Shown: one piece after another, positions 39,600 through 46,895 of the stretch | Position numbering within the stretch: position 1 is the first letter of the stretch | Layout of the letters: the number at the start of each line of letters is the position of its first letter | DNA from: an uncultured Candidatus Saccharibacteria bacterium | Lineage (GTDB): Bacteria; Patescibacteriota; Minisyncoccia; Phycocordibacterales; UBA9973 | Assembly (NCBI GenBank): GCA_964554645.1 | Contig: CAZKPK010000001.1 | Location: 3,697-67,696, forward strand | DNA length: 64,000 nucleotides | Direction of reading: 5' to 3' | Translations under genes and position numbers: made by a program | The notes under the pieces: generated by a model | Told to the model about the DNA's origin: nothing | The model's input: the letters and a program-made list of their open reading frames with translations, nothing else | The model's database searches: none

Positions 39600-39866
39600 A
39601 TGAAGATACGAGAGGTGCGGATTAATGCCAGATTTGAAAAGAATTATAAAAAACTTCCCTATAAAATAAAGGGCAAAGCGAAAGTCAAAGAAAGAATTTT
39701 TAGAGAAAATGTTTTTCATTCGATTCTTCGCACTCATAAATTGCACGGTGAGGAAAAAGAAGCTTGGGCCTTTTGGATTGATTACACTTATCGCATTAAG
39801 TTTATTTTTCTTAGTGAAGGAGTTGTGCTTTTTCTAGATGTTGGCACTCATGATATTTATAATTAA
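39600..39866 (+). CDS. RelE/StbE-family mRNA interferase toxin
   Basis: 88 aa; FEKNYKKLP, THKLHGE..WAFWIDYTYRIKF, VGTHDIY. Confidence 0.8.
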   Translation: MKIREVRINARFEKNYKKLPYKIKGKAKVKERIFRENVFHSILRTHKLHGEEKEAWAFWIDYTYRIKFIFLSEGVVLFLDVGTHDIYN

Positions 39867-39933
39867 TTATTCATTCCAATGTTCTATAGAATGTTGGAGT
39901 TAAAAAGTTTTGAAGCTTTTGTGACAAAATAAA

Positions 39934-39942
39934 TGCTATAAT
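39934..39942 (+). promoter_or_regulatory. extended -10 (TGcTATAAT) 6 nt upstream of smc ATG
   Basis: TGCTATAAT-caccca-ATG(39949). Confidence 0.45.
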
Positions 39943-39948
39943 CACCCA

Positions 39949-42117
39949 ATGCGACTCAAAACTCTTGAACTGAATGGCTTTAAATCTTTTTCTCAAAAAA
40001 CAGTTTTGGAGTTTGATAACAGTATTGTCTGCATTGTCGGTCCGAACGGTTCAGGAAAATCAAATGTAGTAGAAGCCATCCGTTTTGTCTTGGGCGAGCA
40101 ATCAATGAAATCAATGCGTGGCAAGACGGGCGTTGATCTCATTTTCAAAGGATCCAAAAATTTGCCTAGGAAAACGCGGGCGGCCGTTACAATATATTTC
40201 AATAACTCTGACAAAATTTTTAGGCTTGAGGATGGTGTAGGAGAAAACATGAATTTGAATTATGACACTATCAGCATAACGCGCCAGGTTTTCCCTGACG
40301 GACTCAATAAATATATTTTAAATGGGACAGAAGTGCGCCTGAAAGATATTCACCACCTTCTGGCCTCGGTTAACATAGGTTCTTCCGGGCATCATATTAT
40401 TTCCCAGGGCGAGGCTGATAGGATTCTGAATGCCAGCCCAAAAGATAGGAAGGAAATGGTGGAAGATGCGTTGGGGCTCAAAATTTACCAGTATAAAATA
40501 AAAGAATCTGAGAGAAAACTGGAAAGAACAGAGAACAATATGAAAGAAGTGACCATGTTGCGCAGAGAAAATGCTCCGCACCTTAATTTCTTAAAGAAAC
40601 AAGTAGAAAAATTTGAAAGGGCGAAAGAAATGCAGGCAGAGTTAGCAATTCTCTACCAAGAATATTTAAAAAAAGAAAACGTTTATTTAAATAAAGAGAA
40701 GGAAAATTTTCTCGCAGAAAGAAATAAAATAGCCAAAGAACTGGAAAGTGTTGTTAGTAAAATTTCTCTGACTGAAGACAGTGGTTCAGCTAAGGGAAAT
40801 CAAAAAATAGAGGAGCTAAGAACTATTGAGCAAAAATTAAATGAAATCCGCAGCGCCAAGGGAGAAATGAACAGAAAACTGGGAAGAATTGAAGGGATGA
40901 TAGAGGCCAAACAGAATAGAGTTAAAATTTCTGGCCGGTGTCCCATGTGTGGCAGAGAGTGGGGGGAAATGAGCAAAGAACAACTCGAAAACAGAGAAAA
41001 CAATCAGCAAGAATTAGCAGAATTGAAAAATTCTCAAGCTGGTATTCTAACGCAGGTGCAGGAAATGGAAAATAAAGAGAAAGAGCTTGTCGATCAGATA
41101 GAAGAATTGAAGCAGGAAATAAATAAACAGATGGAAACCTTGCGCGATTTGGAGCGGGAGAAGTTCAGCTTTAAGGTTAGGCATCAGGAATTGTCTTCAG
41201 CTTTGGAACTGGTGCGCATCAAAGAAACGAATTTAAAAGGCAGGCTTGAAGCCTTTGAAAGTGAGATCAAAGAAGGTGTAGCGCTTATAGGTCAAGAGAT
41301 TTTGTCCTATCCGCCCGAGGCGGACCAGCCTTGGGCTGGTAAAGAAATAGATGAAACAAGGCAAGCTGAGTTAAAGAAAAAAATTGAGCGTTTGAAAATA
41401 AAATTGGAAGATGCCGGTCTTGGCGGCGGAGCGGAAGTTTTGAAAGAATTCAAAGAAGTTTCGGAGAGGGATAATTTTTTAGCGAAAGAAATGGAAGATT
41501 TATCTAAAAGCATGGTGGCGTTGCAAAAGCTCATAGAAGATTTAAAGGAAAAGATAGACACAGAATTCAAGGAGGGTATCAAAAAAATAAACAAAGAATT
41601 TCAAGAATTTTTCTCCTTAATGTTTGGCGGGGGGACGGGATCTCTTGCGATAGTGGTGGAGAATAAAAAGAGACGAAGTATGAGCGAAGAAGAGGCTAAA
41701 TTCAGCGAAGCTGAATCGCCCGACGCTTCTGAAGAAGCGTTTAGGGAAGAGATTGTTTTTGAACAGGGCATAGAAATAAATGTTTCACTTCCTCATAAAA
41801 AGGTCAAAGAGCTTCAGGCGCTCTCGGGCGGGGAGCGATCACTCACTTCTATTGCTCTTCTCTTTGCGATGTCGCAAGTGAATCCTCCGCCATTTTTGGT
41901 GCTTGATGAAACCGATGCTGCGCTGGACGAAGCCAACTCGCGCAAATATGGAGATATGTTGGAAAAACTTTCCAAACATTCTCAGCTTATTGTTGTTACC
42001 CACAACCGCGAGACGATGTCCCGCGCCGGCGTGCTCTATGGCGTAACGATAGGCGGAAATGACACCTCCAAGCTTCTTTCTGTTAAATTCGAAGAAGCCA
42101 CCCAAATTGCGAAATAA
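39949..42117 (+). CDS. smc: SMC-family chromosome segregation ATPase, short form with central CxxC instead of a hinge
   Basis: 722 aa; N-head LNGFKSF..GPNGSGKSNVVEAIRFVLGEQS; C-head LSGGERSLTSIALLFA..LVLDETDAALD; CPMCGREW at residues 331-338; no hinge-like segment seen. Confidence 0.9.
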   Translation: MRLKTLELNGFKSFSQKTVLEFDNSIVCIVGPNGSGKSNVVEAIRFVLGEQSMKSMRGKTGVDLIFKGSKNLPRKTRAAVTIYFNNSDKIFRLEDGVGENMNLNYDTISITRQVFPDGLNKYILNGTEVRLKDIHHLLASVNIGSSGHHIISQGEADRILNASPKDRKEMVEDALGLKIYQYKIKESERKLERTENNMKEVTMLRRENAPHLNFLKKQVEKFERAKEMQAELAILYQEYLKKENVYLNKEKENFLAERNKIAKELESVVSKISLTEDSGSAKGNQKIEELRTIEQKLNEIRSAKGEMNRKLGRIEGMIEAKQNRVKISGRCPMCGREWGEMSKEQLENRENNQQELAELKNSQAGILTQVQEMENKEKELVDQIEELKQEINKQMETLRDLEREKFSFKVRHQELSSALELVRIKETNLKGRLEAFESEIKEGVALIGQEILSYPPEADQPWAGKEIDETRQAELKKKIERLKIKLEDAGLGGGAEVLKEFKEVSERDNFLAKEMEDLSKSMVALQKLIEDLKEKIDTEFKEGIKKINKEFQEFFSLMFGGGTGSLAIVVENKKRRSMSEEEAKFSEAESPDASEEAFREEIVFEQGIEINVSLPHKKVKELQALSGGERSLTSIALLFAMSQVNPPPFLVLDETDAALDEANSRKYGDMLEKLSKHSQLIVVTHNRETMSRAGVLYGVTIGGNDTSKLLSVKFEEATQIAK
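41311..41339 (+). repeat. family D double hairpin inside smc
   Basis: CCGCC-CGA-GGCGG-AC-CAGCC-TTG-GGCTG; translated PPEADQPWAG. Confidence 0.8.
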
Positions 42118-42193
42118 AATATTAGTTATAAAAATTAAATTGTGCTAAGTGACGCTATAACGTAACTGTAAACAATTTTTATATTTTATACTT

Positions 42194-44149
42194 TTATAGG
42201 AGTAAATAGTCTATCGTCTTTTTCTCCAAATCCACTCCTTGCACTTTTATTTTAATTTTGTCGCCGAGGCGGTATGTTCTGTGTTTTTTTTGTCCAACTA
42301 GTTCCAGTTTCTTTTTATTGAAAATATAAAAGTCGTCTTTCATATCTCGCACTCGCACCAAGCCTTCGCATTTCGTTTCCATTTCCTCAACATATATGCC
42401 CCACTCAGTGATTCCGCTTATAATTCCTTCAAAATTTTTTCCGAGCCGTTTGCTCATATATTCAACCTGCTTATATTTAATGGAAGATCTTTCAGCATCC
42501 GAGGCGCGCTTTTCTTGTTCGGATGAAATAATGGCAGTTCTTTCATATTCTCGCAAATACTCTTTGCCTATTTTTTTGTGAGCTAGATAATTTGCCAAAA
42601 GCCTATGCACCATAATATCCGGATATCTTCTGATTGGTGAGGTGAAGTGGGTATAATATTCAAATGCGAGTCCATAATGCCCGATATTTTTAGTGGAATA
42701 AATTGCTTTGGCCATAGATCGAATTACTGCCCGATGCACGGTATCCGCTTCGTTTTTTCCTTCTAGTTGTTTCAAAAGATTATTTATTTCATTATTGGGA
42801 ATGATTCCATCTCGGAGCGTTATTTTATATCCCAAACTTCGCAAGAAAAATGCCAGGTCAGCCATTTTTTCCTGGCTCGGAAAATCATGAATGCGATAGA
42901 TGGATACACTGTCATCTTTTTTACCCTCGGTTGTCTTTGGGGAAAGTGTCTCGGCCACCTTTTTATTGGCTAAAAGCATAAATTCTTCAACTAGTCTATT
43001 TGAATCACCGCGTTCTTTGGTGATTACTTTTATCGGCGTGCCGTTTTTATCCAGCACAAACTTTACTTCTTCCTGATCGAGCGAGATGGCGCCCTTTCTA
43101 AATCGTTCGGTTGTGAGGAGCTTTGCTAAATTATTTAGAATGAACAATTCTTTGTGAAATGGCGCGTCTGTTTTTTTGATCGATTCTTCTGCTTCTTCGT
43201 AGGTAAATCTTTTTTGAGAATGTATAACTGTGCGGCCAAACCATTCGCTTTTTACTTTGGCATTTTTGTCTATAACAAAAATCGCGCTCATCGTAAGTCT
43301 GTTCTTATTCGGCACTAAACTGCATAAGTCATTTGAAAGTTCTTCCGGGAGCATGGGGATTGTCCTATCTACCAGATAAACCGAAGTGCCGCGCTGTTTT
43401 GCCTCCATATCGATAACACTACCCGCTTTTACATAATGCGAAACGTCTGCGATGTGAACACCTATTTCGTATTTTTCCCTATTTAACTCTTTAAACGAAA
43501 TTGCATCGTCAAAATCTTTCGCATCCGATGGATCAATAGTGAAAGTCAAAGTCTTTCTGAAATCCCTGCGTCCTTCATAATCACTTGCTCTGATATCGTT
43601 TTTCTTTATTGTTTTTGCTTCGTCTTCTACTTTTTTAGGGAACTCCGAATCAAAACCTTTTTCCATTGCGATGGCCTGCATTTCAGTATTATTGTCTCCC
43701 GGTTGCCCTAGAATTTTGATTACTTTTCCCTCCGGCGCTTTACGCGCGTCTTTCCAGGAAACTATTTCTACAAAAACCTTCTGTCCCGCTTTAGCCCCAT
43801 TTAATGATCCCTCGGGTATTAAAATGTCTGTGTACATTTTCGGATCGTCTGGTTTCAAAAAGAATATATTGTTTCTTGACCCGAGCGTAGTCGAGGGTTC
43901 TTTTTCTAAAACCCCAGCAAAGCGCATTTTAGCCCGCGATATTATTTTTAACACTTCGGCTGTTTGGCGCCCCTTACTCTTAGGGTGGAGAAGTATTTCC
44001 ACCGTATCTCCATGCATAGCCGTATTCAAATGCCTTGCGTCAATTTCCGGGTCCTGCGCATCTTTTTTATCTCCAACCGCGACATATCCAGTGCCTTTGG
44101 AAGTAATGGATATAATGCCTTGTAGTCTGTTTATCTGTCTATTTGACAT
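42194..44149 (-). CDS. rnr: ribonuclease R (RNB family, C-terminal S1)
   Basis: 651 aa; DAKDFDDAISF, HFTSPIRRYPD, C-terminal S1 domain GIISGITEWGIYVE. Confidence 0.95.
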   Translation of the reverse strand: MSNRQINRLQGIISITSKGTGYVAVGDKKDAQDPEIDARHLNTAMHGDTVEILLHPKSKGRQTAEVLKIISRAKMRFAGVLEKEPSTTLGSRNNIFFLKPDDPKMYTDILIPEGSLNGAKAGQKVFVEIVSWKDARKAPEGKVIKILGQPGDNNTEMQAIAMEKGFDSEFPKKVEDEAKTIKKNDIRASDYEGRRDFRKTLTFTIDPSDAKDFDDAISFKELNREKYEIGVHIADVSHYVKAGSVIDMEAKQRGTSVYLVDRTIPMLPEELSNDLCSLVPNKNRLTMSAIFVIDKNAKVKSEWFGRTVIHSQKRFTYEEAEESIKKTDAPFHKELFILNNLAKLLTTERFRKGAISLDQEEVKFVLDKNGTPIKVITKERGDSNRLVEEFMLLANKKVAETLSPKTTEGKKDDSVSIYRIHDFPSQEKMADLAFFLRSLGYKITLRDGIIPNNEINNLLKQLEGKNEADTVHRAVIRSMAKAIYSTKNIGHYGLAFEYYTHFTSPIRRYPDIMVHRLLANYLAHKKIGKEYLREYERTAIISSEQEKRASDAERSSIKYKQVEYMSKRLGKNFEGIISGITEWGIYVEEMETKCEGLVRVRDMKDDFYIFNKKKLELVGQKKHRTYRLGDKIKIKVQGVDLEKKTIDYLLL

Positions 44150-44154
44150 ATAAT

Positions 44155-44433
44155 TTATTCTAATAACTTTGGATGCGAGCCTATGTCTACCAAAAGCAAC
44201 ACTAATTCTTTTTCTAAAATTTTATATATTAACAAAACATTCGGATATATATGACATTCGCGCGCGCCTTCCAATTTGCCTTTTAATTTATGGTCTCTAT
44301 ATGCTGGGTCTAGGGGAATTTGTTTCTGAATTAATAATATTATTTTTTCAAGTTTAAAAATAGAAAAACTCTCATGCCTTAAGTATATTTTCAAAGACTT
44401 TTGATATTTCTTTGATTTAATTACCGAGAGCAT
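44155..44433 (-). CDS. yafQ: YafQ-family type II toxin (RelE superfamily)
   Basis: 92 aa; DHKLKGKLEGARECHIYPNVLLIYK..DIGSH. Confidence 0.85.
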   Translation of the reverse strand: MLSVIKSKKYQKSLKIYLRHESFSIFKLEKIILLIQKQIPLDPAYRDHKLKGKLEGARECHIYPNVLLIYKILEKELVLLLVDIGSHPKLLE

Positions 44434-44721
44434 TTATTTCTTGTTTAAAATAGTAGAATGCAATTCTCTAATGCTTTTATAAGATTTTATTTTTTTATTT
44501 TTAAGATCATTCACGGTATTTTCTATTTCTTTGGCAAGCTCGGACTCATATTCATCAGTATATCCATTTATAGTTTTTAGTTCAAAGGGAATGCGCTGTT
44601 GTTCCACACTTTGGTGCAAAAAGAGCTTCACTGCACTCGATATATCGAGTCCCATGCGCGCAAAAGTCTTACGGGCGTCTTCTTTTATCTTTTCGTCAAT
44701 TCGTATATTTAATGTAGTCAT
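44434..44721 (-). CDS. dinJ: RelB/DinJ-family antitoxin
   Basis: 95 aa from ATG 44721 (MTTLNIRIDEKIKEDARKTFARMGLDISSAVKLFL); the longer track ORF reads through the promoter. Confidence 0.85.
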   Translation of the reverse strand: MTTLNIRIDEKIKEDARKTFARMGLDISSAVKLFLHQSVEQQRIPFELKTINGYTDEYESELAKEIENTVNDLKNKKIKSYKSIRELHSTILNKK

Positions 44722-44728
44722 AGAATTT

Positions 44729-44764
44729 AGTATATACATTGTGCGCACAAAGTCAAGTCTTGAC
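44729..44764 (-). promoter_or_regulatory. dinJ-yafQ promoter with two palindromic operators
   Basis: Minus strand: TTGACT (44756-44751), 16 nt, TATACT (44734-44729). TTGTGCGCACAA (44739-44750) fills the spacer. GTCAAGTCTTGAC (44752-44764) overlaps the -35. Confidence 0.6.
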
Positions 44765-44966
44765 AATAGGGTCAAGATATGCGATACTATCAGAGATATG
44801 TTTTTACCTTTGTTGATAGTTATAGCTATCATCATGCTATGCGTGACGATGGCGTGGTTGAAGGACGAGGATAGGTAATTCTCGTCCAAGTTCAAAAAGC
44901 TGGCACGTCCAAGGTCGTGCTAGCTTTTTTGTTTGCAATTTTTCATTTTTATGTTAGACTTACTAA

Positions 44967-45287
44967 ATGTTGAAAATAAGATTACAGAGAATAGGTAGAA
45001 AGAACGATCCGGCGTTTCGGGTAGTTTTAACCGATTCCAAAAACAGCACCAAGAGCGGTAAATTTTTGGAAATACTCGGCACTTATAATCCAAAGGCGAC
45101 AGACAAGAAGTTGAGAGCAAATTTTACCAATGACAGGACAAAATATTGGCTATCCAAAGGGGTAAAACTTTCGGACACAATGCATAACTTTTTAGTTAAC
45201 GACAAAATCATAGAAGGTAAGAAGATAAATGTATTGCCAAAGAAAATGCCAACAGTTAAAAGAAAGGAGTTGAAAATGAAGAAGTAA
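44967..45287 (+). CDS. rpsP: 30S ribosomal protein S16
   Basis: 106 aa; MLKIRLQRIGRKNDPAFRVV. Confidence 0.95.
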   Translation: MLKIRLQRIGRKNDPAFRVVLTDSKNSTKSGKFLEILGTYNPKATDKKLRANFTNDRTKYWLSKGVKLSDTMHNFLVNDKIIEGKKINVLPKKMPTVKRKELKMKK

Positions 45288-45403
45288 TTATATACAATAC
45301 AGATATGGAGCAGTGCATCCGGTCGTAAAACTGCTAAACATTTCCACCTGAGGTGGATTCGCCTTTGGAGGAAAAAATTAAAAGTAATTTACTGAAATAA
45401 CAT

Positions 45404-45745
45404 ATGCAAGACGCTGATAAGATATTTTTGGAATATGTGGTGAAAGCTCTTGTTGACAATCCGAACGATGTGAAGATTGAAAGGACTGTTGATGAGATGG
45501 GCGTGCTTATCTCGCTGACTGTGAATCCGGCCGATATGGGCAAAATTATCGGAAGAATGGGGAACACCGCTAAAGCTATTCGTACTTTGTTGCGAATTAT
45601 CGGTATGAAAAATAACGCCCGGGTGAACTTGAAAATCAACGAACCAGAAGGAAGCACCAGAGGACAAGGGTCCATAACCTCTCCGAGTGTTCCAAGTTCG
45701 CTGAAGACAGTAGATCAGGCAATGGAAGACCTGAAAGGAATTTAA
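45404..45745 (+). CDS. KH-domain RNA-binding protein (YlqC/UPF0109-like)
   Basis: 113 aa; GKIIGRMGNTAKAIRTLL (GxxG loop); conserved position after rpsP. Confidence 0.85.
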   Translation: MQDADKIFLEYVVKALVDNPNDVKIERTVDEMGVLISLTVNPADMGKIIGRMGNTAKAIRTLLRIIGMKNNARVNLKINEPEGSTRGQGSITSPSVPSSLKTVDQAMEDLKGI

Positions 45746-45773
45746 TTAGGTTCTAGTGACTAGGTTCTAGGAA
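45746..45773 (+). repeat. 7-nt-phased YTAG array (4 heptads) directly after stop codon
   Basis: TTAGGTT CTAGTGA CTAGGTT CTAGGAA; near-identical to 19387-19411. Confidence 0.9.
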
Positions 45774-45776
45774 AAG

Positions 45777-45800
45777 GCTCAGAGTAATCTGGGCTTTTTT
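45777..45800 (+). terminator. rho-independent terminator
   Basis: GCTCAGA-GTAA-TCTGGGC (one G.U) + TTTTTT. Confidence 0.7.
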
Positions 45801-45833
45801 GTTTGCTTTTTTCAGCCAGAAGCTATAATCTAG

Positions 45834-45860
45834 CAAGATAGTGCTTAAAGCACTATCTTG
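45834..45860. promoter_or_regulatory. 27-nt perfect palindrome between a TATAAT (45824-45829) and trmD ATG
   Basis: CAAGATAGTGCTT-A-AAGCACTATCTTG. Confidence 0.5.
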
Positions 45861-45874
45861 AAGAACTTAATTTT

Positions 45875-46573
45875 ATGCGTTTCCATATAATCACAATTTT
45901 CCCCGAGATATTTGATTCTTATCTTAAAGAGTCGATTATTGGGCGGGCGATCAGAAACAAAATTATTTCAGTAAAGTTTTATAATCCCAGAGATTATGTA
46001 AAAGGAAATAAAAGTAATTACAAACCCGTAGATGGCAAACCTTACGGCGGGGGTGCAGGTATGGTGCTTCAAGCGGAACCGATTTTGCAAGCATTTTTAG
46101 AGGCTGAAAAAAAGGTAAAGAGCAAAAAGAAAAAAGTTGTCATATTTTCAGCCAAGGGGAAATTTTTCAATCAAAAAATTGCATATGATTGGGCGCAAAA
46201 GTATGAAGAAATCATTTTTATTACCGGCCGTTATGAGGGGATTGACGAACGAGTTAAACAGGCGCTCAAAGCGGAAGAAATTTCTGTTGGTCCATATGTG
46301 TTGACTGATGGTGATGTTGCCGCGATGGCCGTTTCTTCTGCCGTAATTCGACTGATACCCGGAGTAATTCGCCTGGAATCTTTAAAGGAAGAGTCCTATT
46401 GGAATTTGCTGTTAAAAAAAGAAAAAGACGGAAAAGTAGGGGAGGATGGTCTAGAATATCCGCACTATACTCGTCCAGAAGTTTTAAAATACAAAGGCAA
46501 AAATTACAAAGTTCCCAAAGTTTTATTGTCCGGGAATCATAAGAAGATAGAGGAATGGAAACAGAGGAAATAA
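45875..46573 (+). CDS. trmD: tRNA (guanine37-N1)-methyltransferase
   Basis: 232 aa; GRYEGIDERV, VLLSGNH. Confidence 0.95.
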   Translation: MRFHIITIFPEIFDSYLKESIIGRAIRNKIISVKFYNPRDYVKGNKSNYKPVDGKPYGGGAGMVLQAEPILQAFLEAEKKVKSKKKKVVIFSAKGKFFNQKIAYDWAQKYEEIIFITGRYEGIDERVKQALKAEEISVGPYVLTDGDVAAMAVSSAVIRLIPGVIRLESLKEESYWNLLLKKEKDGKVGEDGLEYPHYTRPEVLKYKGKNYKVPKVLLSGNHKKIEEWKQRK

Positions 46574-46895
46574 TTCTCAGTATCTGAGCAAGGGGAGTCC
46601 TTACTAAACTTTGTCTACCATCTTGAACATATGTAAAAGATAGTGGATAAATTGGCAAACTACTTTTTCCACATTCCGCATTTGACAAAAAAAGTAAAAT
46701 AGAGTAGGCTGTTTTGGATTCATTGATTGAGTATCGGATGCAATCTTGGTGTTATATTACTAGGGTTTTAACTTAATCATCTAAATAAATTTTAAGAATC
46801 TGCCTGCGCCAGACAGGGCTAAAGAAAAACATTTTTGCCTTGTTTCTCTTGTGTTTTTCTTTCGCTTTTTCTTGTCTTATTTGGATTAAATAGAT

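Noticed and set aside
44722-44895. Long form of the dinJ ORF (153 aa)
   Set aside because: The extra 58 codons cover the promoter and operator palindromes and have no antitoxin homology. MTTLNIRIDE at 44721 matches the family N-terminus.
46266-46688. 140-aa minus-strand ORF overlapping the trmD 3' end
   Set aside because: It is antisense to a conserved gene and has no motifs. Likely spurious.
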